Virus record (IMG/VR): IMGVR_UViG_3300028025_002566
Location: 1 to 58,837 of that record
DNA length: 58,837 nt
Source: a virus
Lineage: Duplodnaviria > Caudoviricetes
Direction: 5' to 3' (one strand)
Shown here: piece by piece, positions 47,596-57,473 of the stretch
Layout of the letters: each line of letters starts with the position of its first letter
Position numbering within the stretch: the first letter of the stretch is position 1
Translations under genes and position numbers: made by a program
Notes under the pieces: generated by a model
What the model saw: only the letters and a program-made list of their open reading frames with translations
Database searches by the model: none
What the model was told of the DNA's origin: nothing

Positions 47596-47833
47596 ATTTA
47601 ATATTGTATGCAGGTATCGCTTTAACGGATACGTTAGGTGAACCTAGCTTCTCAAGCTCTTCAGCCATAGCTAGGATCATGTTGTGTTGGGTATCATTTT
47701 GTTCTTCTAATAATGACAATTCAGAGCTAAGACTCCAATTCTTAAACCCTAACCATAAGAGTACAACCATATAAATTAGGGTATATAATTCGCTTTGTGA
47801 TTCCATTAGATTAGTCCTGTCTTTTTGAGCCAT
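47585..47833 (-). CDS. Hypothetical membrane-anchored protein
   Basis: ORF track; one TM segment. Confidence 0.55.
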   Translation of the reverse strand: MAQKDRTNLMESQSELYTLIYMVVLLWLGFKNWSLSSELSLLEEQNDTQHNMILAMAEELEKLGSPNVSVKAIPAYNIKYDK

Positions 47834-48273
47834 TCTGGGTCGGCAAACCTACTATGGCTTGGAATGTCATTAATTATTACTCCCAAATATCCGAGGTATT
47901 CAATTCCTTTAAGACATTTATATTCGGACTGATACACCACACGAGTAATACCGCTAGCGTATATAAGTTTAGAACAATCGATACAAGGGGAAAGAGTACA
48001 ATAGAGAGTAGCACCCTCGGTAGAATGATTAGAACGAGCAACTTTAGAAATGGCATAAGCTTCTGCATGTAATACAGGGTTAGATTGTGTGTCATTGTTA
48101 GTACCTCTTGCTGTACCGTTATATGAAAATGAAATGATGTTATCATCCTTAACAATGATAGCGCCTACTTTACGATCTTCTGCATAGGATTGTTCAGCGA
48201 TTAATCCGCATACATTTAAATAAAAATTATCCCAATCTCTTTGGTTTTTCATATTGTCCTCGTGCAAAGTCAT
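47806..48273 (-). CDS. dCMP deaminase
   Basis: KVGAIIV, YNG, HAE, TLSPCIDC. Confidence 0.88.
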   Translation of the reverse strand: MTLHEDNMKNQRDWDNFYLNVCGLIAEQSYAEDRKVGAIIVKDDNIISFSYNGTARGTNNDTQSNPVLHAEAYAISKVARSNHSTEGATLYCTLSPCIDCSKLIYASGITRVVYQSEYKCLKGIEYLGYLGVIINDIPSHSRFADPEWLKKTGLI

Positions 48274-48386
48274 AGTCAGCTTCTAATTCAGAGATGGTAT
48301 CTAAGATATAATCTAACTGTTCTTTTAGGTAGTCATTAAGTGGTCTTTCAAAGATAACAGTAACGTCTATAGTATCTTCTCTAAGT

Positions 48387-48653
48387 TCAACGATCATAAT
48401 ACTCTTTCCATTTAGCCCATGTAGTTAGCTTTTTGTCATAGCTGTCTTGAATAACGATATTGTTAAGACCTAATTCACGAGTTAATCTATGCAAACAATA
48501 CTGTAGTTGACCAATCTCTTCTTCAAGCTTAGATTTGTTATCAATATTATCTACAGGACTAACAGTATATAAGCCGAATCGTAGTACCTTCATAATGTTC
48601 TGAGAGACTTCAGCACATTCTTCGGCTGTTGTGTATAGGGTATATTTATCCAT
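48387..48653 (-). CDS. MazG-like nucleotide pyrophosphatase
   Basis: AEECAEV...LEEEIGQL (the usual final D is Q). Confidence 0.6.
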   Translation of the reverse strand: MDKYTLYTTAEECAEVSQNIMKVLRFGLYTVSPVDNIDNKSKLEEEIGQLQYCLHRLTRELGLNNIVIQDSYDKKLTTWAKWKEYYDR

Positions 48654-48829
48654 TAGATTTCTTCTGTAAAGTGTACTTCACTGATGTCAACAATCGAGGC
48701 TGATTCACCTCGGCTACCGTAAAGGAATTCTTGCATTCCGTTCTCTATCATTTGATCTACAATCATTGTAGCATCGTCTTCGTCTTTGGCGTGTATATAG
48801 GTTACAATAGTTACTGCATACTGGGCCAT
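48653..48829 (-). CDS. Small acidic protein (58 aa, MAQYAVTIV...)
   Basis: Read from sequence, directly downstream of the 48849 promoter. Confidence 0.55.
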   Translation of the reverse strand: MAQYAVTIVTYIHAKDEDDATMIVDQMIENGMQEFLYGSRGESASIVDISEVHFTEEI

Positions 48830-48848
48830 ACATTTCTTTCGTTGTTAG

Positions 48849-48864
48849 GTATTAGGTACCGACT
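48849..48864 (-). promoter_or_regulatory. Putative phage RNAP promoter upstream of the nucleotide-metabolism/replication block
   Basis: rc AGTCGGTACCTAATAC. Confidence 0.78.
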
Positions 48865-48867
48865 AAG

Positions 48868-49746
48868 TTACATGTCGATGGTGTCACGGAAACCTAAGAA
48901 GATAGGGTGCCGTGGTTTATCTTTTACTCCGATAGGGAAGTGTTTGTACTTAACAATATATCCAAGCAGACTTGATTTATTTTTCCAGAAGTTATCCCTA
49001 TCTGATTGGTCAAAACCTGAACCAATTTTAAATTCAACTCCGTCACGGGTTTTACAGATGAATGCTCCGAGAGTTCCTTTCCCAGACATACCAGATAATT
49101 TAGTTGATCGTTTAGTTCTTCCGAGTTCATTAGTTTCTGCGTCATTTCCATTGTGCATCTCCTCTTCCCAACCAATAATAACAGCTTCATCATCCTCAAA
49201 ACGTTTAAGTTTAAAAGCGTTAGCTTCCTTCATAGTACAACGACCGTACTTATACTTACCATGTGGGTTACGAATAACAACACCTTCATAACCTTTTTCT
49301 AGGCAATGTTCTTCAAGCTCCAATAATCGTTCCTTATTATGGGCAGAATATGATAGTACCTTACGATAGTTAGGCGGCACATCATCAATACCTAAATCAA
49401 AGTACCTTGTGTTATAGGTGTTTACAGTATCATCCCACCAGTCAAAGTGGTAGAAAAAGAATTCACTTTCTTTATCATGAGCCATAACAAAAGAGTTAGT
49501 ATCTCGATACACTGTTGGTGAAGTAGGATTACCTACAATAAGTTCACCATCCATACCTTCTAACTCATCACCCCAAAATGCAGCCCATTTCTGGATGGAT
49601 TTATTAGGGATAGGCTTGAGAGTACGTGATAGTGCTACACCATTCTCAAACAATACTCGGATACCATCTAGCTTAGGTGTAACATAGACTGGGTAGTCAA
49701 TTGCATCTAAGTCAGGTGTTTCGCGGGGTAATAGCATTGGTTTCAT
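48868..49746 (-). CDS. ATP-dependent DNA ligase
   Basis: KLDGIR, DGEL, GYEGVV, KLKRF, GSGF, PRHP. Confidence 0.93.
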   Translation of the reverse strand: MKPMLLPRETPDLDAIDYPVYVTPKLDGIRVLFENGVALSRTLKPIPNKSIQKWAAFWGDELEGMDGELIVGNPTSPTVYRDTNSFVMAHDKESEFFFYHFDWWDDTVNTYNTRYFDLGIDDVPPNYRKVLSYSAHNKERLLELEEHCLEKGYEGVVIRNPHGKYKYGRCTMKEANAFKLKRFEDDEAVIIGWEEEMHNGNDAETNELGRTKRSTKLSGMSGKGTLGAFICKTRDGVEFKIGSGFDQSDRDNFWKNKSSLLGYIVKYKHFPIGVKDKPRHPIFLGFRDTIDM

Positions 49747-49961
49747 AGTACTACTTCTTCTGTGATTAATTGTAATTTAATTTCATCTAAAGTATCGGTC
49801 ATACAATCTTCAAAGTATCTAGATTCTTTTGGCCAAGAAAAATAACTTCCTTGTAGATCTTGATACATCCATCCCCAATTTAACACACTTAAATATCTCA
49901 GTCCATATTTACCGTTACTAAATTTAACAGCATGTAACTTAAAAGGGTTGTATAATTTCAT
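49743..49961 (-). CDS. Hypothetical protein
   Basis: ORF track; overlapping start/stop chain. Confidence 0.6.
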   Translation of the reverse strand: MKLYNPFKLHAVKFSNGKYGLRYLSVLNWGWMYQDLQGSYFSWPKESRYFEDCMTDTLDEIKLQLITEEVVL

Positions 49962-50188
49962 CAGAAATCCTTATCACACATACCAAACATTACAAGGATA
50001 TTCTTTACCTCAGAAGGTAACTCAAATACCCCATCATAGTCTTCTAGCATAAGGTCTTTATTAAACCATAGACCACCACCAGACTGATCACCTAAGCGAT
50101 CATGTTCGAAGTAGCCATAATTAGCTTTAACATCGATACCGATAGTATAGTTCTGAGTACCTAGCTGTGTGTTGAAATTGTAATCCAT
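49961..50188 (-). CDS. Hypothetical protein
   Basis: ORF track; GGLWF..LEDYDGVFELP. Confidence 0.65.
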   Translation of the reverse strand: MDYNFNTQLGTQNYTIGIDVKANYGYFEHDRLGDQSGGGLWFNKDLMLEDYDGVFELPSEVKNILVMFGMCDKDF

Positions 50189-50793
50189 TAGTCTATCCTC
50201 AAATTATTTGAAAGATTATAATACATATTACTCATTCTAGTCTTAAGATCAAGTAACAGTTTGGTTTCCAACTCATACATTTCTTGCTGATTTCCATGTG
50301 CAAGGATACTACGAATGAATCTTGTTGGGGATTCATTGTAGTCTGCAAGGAAAGTTTCTGAGGATGCGATATATCCGTCATCAACACTTCCTTTATGTGT
50401 ACCAATGTACTTTTTGTCATTGTCTTTATTGATCCATAAATAAACGAAAGCCTCACCATTATTACTGAAGGCATTTGTTTCTGCAGGAACTTCTACATTG
50501 TATACCCCGTTAATATGATCTTGCCAGATTTCTTTAACGTAAGCTACCATAGGCGTTCCTTTAGGTGCTCTCCACATGACAACAAAGGATGGTGATCCTT
50601 CATTCTCACATAGATAGTCGTATACCCATTTGTTGTATAGCCCGCTATAAACAAAGTTACCTATTTTAGCGCGTACCATACCTTTACCGGAGTCAGATGT
50701 GTAACTTTCAACTTCATTTACAGTACACTCGTAGATATCGAAGTACTTTTCTGACCCGGCAACCCATCGTTTAACTGTTTTAATTAGGTTCAT
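50188..50793 (-). CDS. Protein with a C-terminal GIY-YIG-like domain
   Basis: FVYLWINKDNDKKYIGTHKG..DGYIASS..YYN. Confidence 0.65.
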   Translation of the reverse strand: MNLIKTVKRWVAGSEKYFDIYECTVNEVESYTSDSGKGMVRAKIGNFVYSGLYNKWVYDYLCENEGSPSFVVMWRAPKGTPMVAYVKEIWQDHINGVYNVEVPAETNAFSNNGEAFVYLWINKDNDKKYIGTHKGSVDDGYIASSETFLADYNESPTRFIRSILAHGNQQEMYELETKLLLDLKTRMSNMYYNLSNNLRID

Positions 50794-51215
50794 TTTAGTT
50801 CATTTAGTTTACCGATAATAGTATTTTCACGTAGCAGAATCTCTAAGCACCGTGAGTACCATACTACCTTACCCATTTCCTGCAGATCAGCATCCTTTTT
50901 ACCAAGACGCATCATATACTTATAGATCTGACCGATTAAGTGTGCTTTAAGTCCATCGAAACCAAGAATAAATTCCATACATTCAATGTACTGGTAGTTA
51001 CCTACAATACCTTGATAGTGCTTGGGATTAATAGCATTGTTGATATCTTCGTTACTCACTCCGTTAAATCCTTTATAATACTCTTCCTCATCAGCCTCAA
51101 TATTATATTGTTTAGCCATTTCGTTAGACCAGTGTGGTGTCATAAGATCGTAGAAATCTTTCTTCTGTTGTTGGTTAAAAGGTTTATACTCATCCATGTA
51201 TTTAGGTAGTGCCAT
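50790..51215 (-). CDS. DUF3310 (SaV / T7 gp1.7-like) protein
   Basis: INPKHY..IECM..KYMMRLGKKD..K..WY. Confidence 0.75.
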   Translation of the reverse strand: MALPKYMDEYKPFNQQQKKDFYDLMTPHWSNEMAKQYNIEADEEEYYKGFNGVSNEDINNAINPKHYQGIVGNYQYIECMEFILGFDGLKAHLIGQIYKYMMRLGKKDADLQEMGKVVWYSRCLEILLRENTIIGKLNELK

Positions 51216-51460
51216 CAGTATACATCTCCATTCTCTTTAATCTTAAGGTCTTCATAGGGTGCTGCTACACGGCGGTAGAATTCCATTTTAGCACCCTCTA
51301 AGGCACCGATTACATCGTTAATACGTTGGTAGTTAGGGTTTTTGTTGTAGTAATTTAAAATTAATTCTGTAATAACATAATTAATTTCACCAGCGTTTTC
51401 GATATCTCTTCCTTCTTTAAAAGCTAAATCATCACGTTGTGCTTGTTTAATATAAGGCAT
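51215..51460 (-). CDS. Conserved phage protein (MPYI..GEINY..EFYRR..PYED.KI.ENGDVY)
   Basis: Recognisable conserved pattern; function unknown. Confidence 0.75.
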   Translation of the reverse strand: MPYIKQAQRDDLAFKEGRDIENAGEINYVITELILNYYNKNPNYQRINDVIGALEGAKMEFYRRVAAPYEDLKIKENGDVY

Positions 51461-51867
51461 TATAGGTACTCGCTTAAAATTGTTTCACAGGCTTTATCAA
51501 CATCAGAGCGCCACTCAGTTACAAGTGACTCAAAGAATGGGTGGATAATAGAAGCATCAGCTTTAAAAGCTACAACAGGTTTACGTAACACATATGAAGC
51601 ATAGAATACTTCCATTGCAGTACCATGTTTAGCTACTTTTGGGTTGTCAAGATTAACTAAAATAATATCTGATTCTTGAATATCCCGAAGATCTAACTCG
51701 AAGATACGTTTCATGTATCGTTTATCGAAGTTATGTACTCGTCTAGTTGGATCCAGAATATCGTAGCAGTCAGATAAGATATTAGTTGCTACAATACGCC
51801 ATCCAATAGACTCAGCAAGAGACACATGTTCCATAGGACCGGCTAGATATACTGTACGTTGTTTCAT
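51460..51867 (-). CDS. Nucleoside 2-deoxyribosyltransferase-like protein
   Basis: VYLAGPM, DLRDIQESD, GTAME. Confidence 0.8.
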   Translation of the reverse strand: MKQRTVYLAGPMEHVSLAESIGWRIVATNILSDCYDILDPTRRVHNFDKRYMKRIFELDLRDIQESDIILVNLDNPKVAKHGTAMEVFYASYVLRKPVVAFKADASIIHPFFESLVTEWRSDVDKACETILSEYL

Positions 51868-52003
51868 TTATCTTTCTCTTGTTTAATAGATTCTTTTATG
51901 GCTCTTAAGATACTGTCTTGAATTAATAATTTGACTTCTTCAGTATCTAATTCTAAACTTAAAGTAGCAGAGCCATCTTCATGCTCAGTTATCTCAGTTA
52001 TTT

Positions 52004-52345
52004 TCATTTATTATTCCTTAAAAACGTTAATGCTTTAAGTAAGTAGTCTGCCTCAGCATAGTCCATACAGATATAATTGTCTTGAGTAACGCTACTGTAT
52101 GTAGGAAAATAAGCGATATAACCGTTACCAGTATCTTTTAGTTCACAAAGATTTTCTACATTAGTAGTATAACCTTTATGCGCTGATACAATACAGTATT
52201 CGTCTTCAATAAAGACTCGTTCGGATGTTGTTTCATCTTTATCTTCAAAGATAAAACCCATTTCTTCTTTCTCAGCAATAATATCTTTTACTTGTGCAGT
52301 AAGGGTATTAAGCTGATCAAGGATATCATTTAGTGTATCGTTCAT
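52004..52345 (-). CDS. Hypothetical protein
   Basis: ORF track. Confidence 0.65.
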   Translation of the reverse strand: MNDTLNDILDQLNTLTAQVKDIIAEKEEMGFIFEDKDETTSERVFIEDEYCIVSAHKGYTTNVENLCELKDTGNGYIAYFPTYSSVTQDNYICMDYAEADYLLKALTFLRNNK

Positions 52346-52487
52346 TTAATATTCAACCATAAACCAATTTGAGCAAAAGCATATCCAGTCCAGATCATTC
52401 CGTTAGATAGCTCACCTTTAGACCATTGTAGAACACCTACTATAAGGTATCCTACTCCGGTAGCACCTACAATAAGGTGTTCAATAG

Positions 52488-52790
52488 TCATAGTTCTCCA
52501 AGTACCTTCATATTGTTAGCAGTAAACCATAGACCGCCTTGACTGGCGGGTCGTTGGTGCTCTACGTAGTCATCAATCTTTACGACACACCATACACGAC
52601 CTTTCTTAGATAGATGTGGTGCTTCAGGTTTAGCACAGCAATGCCATCCCGGACGTACCGCAAAACCTTTTGTTGGGTGTGACTCAGCTTGTAACCATAG
52701 ACCGGGATTAATCTTTAATTTACGGTTAATAAATAGAGGTCCATAGGAACCATCTTTACGTTTACGAAAGAGTTTGTAGGCGATCATCAT
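52488..52790 (-). CDS. Hypothetical protein
   Basis: AYKLFR..HPTKGFAVRPGWHC..QGGLW pattern. Confidence 0.7.
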   Translation of the reverse strand: MMIAYKLFRKRKDGSYGPLFINRKLKINPGLWLQAESHPTKGFAVRPGWHCCAKPEAPHLSKKGRVWCVVKIDDYVEHQRPASQGGLWFTANNMKVLGEL

Positions 52791-52947
52791 TGTGGATAAT
52801 ATTTAGTTGTTCGTCTTGAGGCATATCGGAGAACCCCCAGAAGTGATTTTCTTTACAGCAACCTAAGCTAAATTGTTCTGTACCACAGTAACAACAATAA
52901 GTTGTGCTGTCAGACATGTATTCTTCATACAATTCTTGTTCTGTCAT
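52762..52947 (-). CDS. Small Cys-containing protein
   Basis: YCCYC..CCKENHF. Confidence 0.55.
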   Translation of the reverse strand: MTEQELYEEYMSDSTTYCCYCGTEQFSLGCCKENHFWGFSDMPQDEQLNIIHNDDRLQTLS

Positions 52948-53088
52948 ACAAAGATCTCATCTAAGAATACTTCAAGAAAGTCTGGTGTATAACCTAAGTA
53001 GGCATCAGCCTCGTAGTAAGCTTCTGTTTCATCATTGGCATATACAAAGAAGTTTTTAAAGGAAGATACAACGTAGTATTGATTCATG

Positions 53089-53292
53089 TTAAGCAAACCT
53101 TGGAGTTAAGTTTAAAGACTCTGTTTCAGGCGTAACAATTTGGACATCAGTCCATGCTGCAATATGGATTAATTCTTCTTTATAATAGCATACTGAGTAC
53201 ATACCATCAATATGTTTGAATAGATATACATATTGTTGAGGGTCATCCTCGATAGTGAAATAACTGTTACGGGGTAGTTCGTAGAGTTTCAT
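53089..53292 (-). CDS. Hypothetical protein (start MKLYELPRNS)
   Basis: Within ORF 53089-53373; ATG overlaps the upstream stop. Confidence 0.6.
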   Translation of the reverse strand: MKLYELPRNSYFTIEDDPQQYVYLFKHIDGMYSVCYYKEELIHIAAWTDVQIVTPETESLNLTPRFA

Positions 53293-53780
53293 GTGTTCTT
53301 CTCTTTGAGTTTGGCTTCGATGAGTCGATAGAAAGTTGCATAGCGGGGCAAAGCAGCTCGGCTGATTTCCCACAAAAGAGATTGCTCCTCATCCGTCAGC
53401 CCAACCCATTGCCGCTGTGCCGCGGGTGATCGTCTATTCCATTCAGCGATTGCCTCGGTATGCCACTCGCTTTTATCGGGGTACTCGCGGCGAACCTCTC
53501 CGCAACTTGCGCCACATCCACCACAACTTGCAACTCCCCATCGGTAGGTTTCCCCATCTGAAAAGTTCAAGCCAATATGACCGCAAAAAGGGCATGGCAA
53601 AGGTTGCCCCGCCACAAGCTCCTGCACAGGTGCTGAACGGGCTTGCTTGATGGCGGTGATGGCGTCATCTTTTGCTTGGTCAATGTATTTCTGAAAGCCA
53701 TGCGTTGCCATTGTTGCAGTCAACGCATCCAGCGCCAAGTCGAGTGCTTCTTCAGTGCTACGCACTTGGTCTTTGGTCAT
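53289..53780 (-). CDS. Mosaic protein with a Lar-like (restriction alleviation) zinc finger
   Basis: LPCPFCG..CGGCGA..AIAEWNRR; GC-rich relative to flanks; AAGGA SD before the ATG at 53780. Confidence 0.65.
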   Translation of the reverse strand: MTKDQVRSTEEALDLALDALTATMATHGFQKYIDQAKDDAITAIKQARSAPVQELVAGQPLPCPFCGHIGLNFSDGETYRWGVASCGGCGASCGEVRREYPDKSEWHTEAIAEWNRRSPAAQRQWVGLTDEEQSLLWEISRAALPRYATFYRLIEAKLKEKNT

Positions 53781-53895
53781 GTGTTTTCCTTGCATTGATG
53801 TTTTAGCATGGGAATGCGTAGCACTGTGAATAGCCATCCAAGGTAGCCAACATTCTCCTCACATTGAGTGCAGATGTAGCGCACTTGTTCTTTAG

Positions 53896-54207
53896 TCATA
53901 CTTCATCTTTCTGGTAAGGACGATAAATATACAGCGAACATTGTTTAGCAGTACAGTTAGTGATATCACTACGAATATCACCTACACAGTTATTACAAAA
54001 GTTTTTAATAGCTTGCATAGGTGAAGTTTTCTTTTGAGCTTTCTTCAGAGCTTGTTCTTCAATCCATGCTTCAAGAAATTTACCACCTTTCTTTTCAGCA
54101 TAAGCTTTTTCTTTACGCCATTGTTCAAGGGCTATCTTGCCTTTTGCCAGTACTTCTGGATTCATCATACGTTTCTTTTTGAATAGAGAGTTTGTTTGCA
54201 TAATCAT
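53896..54207 (-). CDS. Hypothetical protein with a C-terminal Cys cluster
   Basis: AIKNFCNNC..C...CSLY.YRPY. Confidence 0.65.
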   Translation of the reverse strand: MIMQTNSLFKKKRMMNPEVLAKGKIALEQWRKEKAYAEKKGGKFLEAWIEEQALKKAQKKTSPMQAIKNFCNNCVGDIRSDITNCTAKQCSLYIYRPYQKDEV

Positions 54208-54329
54208 GAGCCTCTTTGTATGAATTAAAACAGATTGCGTTTGTATGTGATATTTCTTTACCAGCTACACAGTATTGTGTTGGGCTATATCCTAAAAAGT
54301 ATTTTACAAAAACAATATAGTGGTCAATA

Positions 54330-54530
54330 TCAGGTGCCATAAGTACCCCATTCAGGCATGCGCCATTCAGGATCTACATAATCATCAGGGATATTCTCTG
54401 CTTCTTTACGTTTGTTATCAGCCCATTTAGACCATCTTTCACTTTTATCACCAGTAGTAATAGAAGCATAGTAGTCGAAAGTACGTGCGTTAGACATTAA
54501 GTCTTTGTATTTACTGGTATCTTCTTTCAT
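54330..54530 (-). CDS. Hypothetical protein
   Basis: ORF track. Confidence 0.55.
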   Translation of the reverse strand: MKEDTSKYKDLMSNARTFDYYASITTGDKSERWSKWADNKRKEAENIPDDYVDPEWRMPEWGTYGT

Positions 54531-54650
54531 AAAGCACTTAAGATCATATTGATACCTTGGACAACTTGCATTTGTTGCATTGCATGAAGCTCATGCCAAG
54601 GTTTCCAGTTAGGAAAGTGTGGTTGTAAACGTACCCAGAAACGTTCTACA

Positions 54651-55694
54651 TCAGTCATTTTTCAGTAACCAAGAGTTAGAGATAGATTTGAAAGATTTGG
54701 ATGGATCAGTTAGGTTTTTGAATACAAGTCCTTCACGTTTTGCTTTGGGATTAAGCATTGATTGACCTTCTGCAAAGGTTAGCAGTTCAGATACAGTAGT
54801 ACGGTTATCAGTCTCATAGTCAGCGAATGTAGGTGTATGCTTAATACCTAGTGCTTCACAGATAAATTGCCTACGCCGTGGTGAGTAGTATTCTTGTTTA
54901 TCAATATCAAAGATATCAAACACATAGAATTCAGCCTCAGATAGGTTATAAGCGTTACCTTGAATACCGGGACCGATAAGCTCACCTTGAATGGCTACAT
55001 TAATATTATGTAGGTTAAGCTTTTCATGGATACGTAGCTTTATAGTTGTACTTACAAAGGAATTGTCAGTATCTTCCATTTTAAGTTCGTAGTTACGGGA
55101 ACATACACCCATATGCGTTTCACCGTTAACTGTATTACGGAACACAGTCATTGATGAGCCATCAAGCTTTTCAGTAACTTCCCACACTTGTAAACCTTGT
55201 AGGTTTTCTAAAGTACGACCGTAGTTTTGGATACGTTCTTGATCAGTTTTAGGGATAAATGAAGGGAAATTACCTGCTAGTTTACCTGCGAGTTGTGCTG
55301 GAATAACAGGTTCCCATTTGAGAATATTTAAATATTCAGTTACATCAGTACCTGCAACTGGGTTTTCAAAGTCATGTGTTAGTACTGATTCTCTTGGTAG
55401 CGCTAAACCTTGGCTAATTTGACCTTTAAGTTTAATAGTACGTAGACGTTCACCCTTTACACCTTGGTATTCACGAGGCTCTTTACCTTTAGATAGGAAT
55501 GGTGCAAGTTCTGTGGGAATCCACGAGTCGATTTCAAAGTAAACGCATAGATCGCCTACATTGAATTCACCTTTTTTAATAACAACTTCCCAACCATCGA
55601 TAACAGCAACTTCAATTAGGTCGGCATTCTCGATAGGTTTTAGTTGGGAAATTACTCGGATAGTGGCTAGTTTACGATCAGACATCGAAGGCAT
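54651..55694 (-). CDS. RNA ligase, DRB0094 family
   Basis: RKLATI..NADLIE, YFEIDS, SQGL, KTDQERIQN, EKLDGSS, GELIGPGIQGN, EGLVFK, FKSISN. Confidence 0.9.
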   Translation of the reverse strand: MPSMSDRKLATIRVISQLKPIENADLIEVAVIDGWEVVIKKGEFNVGDLCVYFEIDSWIPTELAPFLSKGKEPREYQGVKGERLRTIKLKGQISQGLALPRESVLTHDFENPVAGTDVTEYLNILKWEPVIPAQLAGKLAGNFPSFIPKTDQERIQNYGRTLENLQGLQVWEVTEKLDGSSMTVFRNTVNGETHMGVCSRNYELKMEDTDNSFVSTTIKLRIHEKLNLHNINVAIQGELIGPGIQGNAYNLSEAEFYVFDIFDIDKQEYYSPRRRQFICEALGIKHTPTFADYETDNRTTVSELLTFAEGQSMLNPKAKREGLVFKNLTDPSKSFKSISNSWLLKND

Positions 55695-55947
55695 CCATGT
55701 TAATAATTACTAGGTTTTTCATAAATTTAATAGATTCACGAATAGATTTTAGTTTACGTTTAGTTTGACGAGCTAACTCTTTATTGCGATTTAGTTCTTG
55801 AAAGAAAACAAGCATATATGGATTGTTTTTCTTGGCTACATCACACATTTCCCATAGATAAGCAATTTGTGCTTTATGGAATAGCAGATTTTCTTCTTCG
55901 CGCTTAAGTTCTTTGCGAAGTACATTGAGTACTATTTGTTTGTTCAT
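55678..55947 (-). CDS. Hypothetical protein
   Basis: ORF track. Confidence 0.55.
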   Translation of the reverse strand: MNKQIVLNVLRKELKREEENLLFHKAQIAYLWEMCDVAKKNNPYMLVFFQELNRNKELARQTKRKLKSIRESIKFMKNLVIINMDAFDV

Positions 55948-56008
55948 TTGAAACTTACCTTATACCAAATGTAGTATATAACTACGATAGACAATACACC
56001 GAACATGG

Positions 56009-56040
56009 AATAAAAAGACCACTCTTATTAGGAGTGGCCT
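56009..56040 (-). terminator. Terminator after SSB
   Basis: rc ggccactc-ctaataa-gagtggtc-tttttatt. Confidence 0.75.
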
Positions 56041-56052
56041 ATAGTCATTTAT

Positions 56053-56578
56053 TTAGAAAGGGATATCGTCATCTTCTGTGGTAACGACTGTACCGCCTTC
56101 GTCATCGAAGTCAACAAAGTTACTGTTCTTAGGTTCGTATTTAACGAGTTCAGTAACTTGTACTGCGGTTAGTGTCACTGCTGTACCTGATTTGGTTACT
56201 TTACCATTAGGTGCTTTGATTTCATAGTCTTTGAGCATAAGCATAACGTTACCTACAGAGCCATTACCGATAGTCTTCGGATCAATAGCTTCTTTAGCAG
56301 AGTTTACTACACGTACAGGTGCTGCTGGAGTACCGTCTTTCTTTTCAGCTTTCTTCTTCAGGTTAACAGCTACTGTACCTTTGTCGAAGCCGTCTTTTAC
56401 TTTACCGAACTGCTCAAGTTCTTTGCTACGCTTTTTGTCAGCTTGTACAGTCAATTCCCACTGGTTAGTGCCGAAGGGAGAGACAGGCTTCTCAGGGTTG
56501 AGTTTGGCCCAGTGTAGAGATACACCTTTGAGGATTACGTTGCGAACTTCGTTTTGAGCGTTTGTGGTAGTAGTCATG
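56053..56578 (-). CDS. Single-stranded DNA-binding protein (T7 gp2.5-like)
   Basis: WAKL, IGNGS, AVQVTELVKY, acidic tail EDDDIPF; AAGGA SD before MTTTT. Confidence 0.85.
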
Positions 56579-56651
56579 ATTGATTTTCCTTTTGGATTGA
56601 TTGAAAGTTGTTTAATAAATGAGAGAGTATTATCAGTATTGTATGGCACTA

Positions 56652-56975
56652 TTATTTGGTAGCAATATAGAGAGCAATACGGGTAGCGATAGGTAGGTCA
56701 GTACGGCGGTAAGTTTCTTCTTCGTTAGTCTGTAGTTGTACACCAAGAGCTGTTAATAGTACATTTGCATGGTTAATTTCAGCTTGTTGTGTGTTGTTAC
56801 GATCATTAGCCCACTTATAGTTTTGTTTTTCAGACTCTAGTTTTTTCTTAAGCTCAGTAACTTCTTTTTGTAGTTCTTTATGTTGCTCATAGATAGATGC
56901 AACTTGATTATCATCCAGAGTGATGATAATAGTTTCGAGATCAGTACCTTTGGTTTCGATTTGAATTGTGTTCAT
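56652..56975 (-). CDS. Hypothetical coiled-coil protein
   Basis: ORF track. Confidence 0.65.
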   Translation of the reverse strand: MNTIQIETKGTDLETIIITLDDNQVASIYEQHKELQKEVTELKKKLESEKQNYKWANDRNNTQQAEINHANVLLTALGVQLQTNEEETYRRTDLPIATRIALYIATK

Positions 56976-56979
56976 GATG

Positions 56980-56995
56980 AGTTGGTACCTAATAG
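56980..56995 (+). promoter_or_regulatory. Putative phage RNAP promoter for the lone + strand gene
   Basis: AGTTGGTACCTAATAG. Confidence 0.78.
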
Positions 56996-57033
56996 AAAGT
57001 AATATGTTATTACTATCAATAAGGATTCAAAGA

Positions 57034-57432
57034 ATGATTAAAAAGAAATATGTTAAAGTACACCCTAATTCAATTAAGAATTTGAGAGTGATTACTAGCC
57101 CTGAGATGGCCAGAGAGTTACAGAAGAACTCTGTAGAATCTCGAAAGAGAAATACAGAAGCTATTCGTGTATTGACAGAAGAATTTAAGTGCAGTGCAGA
57201 TGCTGTAAGAAAAGTCCTTTCTCAAGTTGATATCAAAGCTATCGATGTCTTAAAGATGTCAATGATGCATGCTTTAAATCAAGATAATTTTGAGGATGCA
57301 GCTCGATATGCAAAAGAGATTGCTGAGTTTGAACAACCTAAACTATCTCGACTTGAACAAACTAATATCAGTAAGGTAGAAGATTTGACAGACGAGGAAT
57401 TGCAGAAGATTCTTAAAGAAGAAGGAATTTAA
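57034..57432 (+). CDS. Putative terminase small subunit
   Basis: HPNSIKNL, helical body, AEFEQPKL, EDLTDEEL end; AAGGA SD before the ATG at 57034. Confidence 0.55.
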   Translation: MIKKKYVKVHPNSIKNLRVITSPEMARELQKNSVESRKRNTEAIRVLTEEFKCSADAVRKVLSQVDIKAIDVLKMSMMHALNQDNFEDAARYAKEIAEFEQPKLSRLEQTNISKVEDLTDEELQKILKEEGI

Positions 57433-57435
57433 ACA

Positions 57436-57465
57436 AGAAACCACATTAATTTGTGGTTTTTATTT
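57436..57465. terminator. Hairpin terminator (possibly bidirectional)
   Basis: aagaaaccaca-ttaatt-tgtggtttttattt. Confidence 0.65.
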
Positions 57466-57473
57466 ACTACTCT

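Noticed and set aside
48731-49291. 186-aa + strand ORF and similar antisense ORFs in the track
   Set aside because: They are shadows of well-supported genes on the opposite strand, with no motifs or SD
56024-56033. TATTAGG as a ninth promoter copy
   Set aside because: It is the loop of the SSB terminator and lacks the GGTACC block
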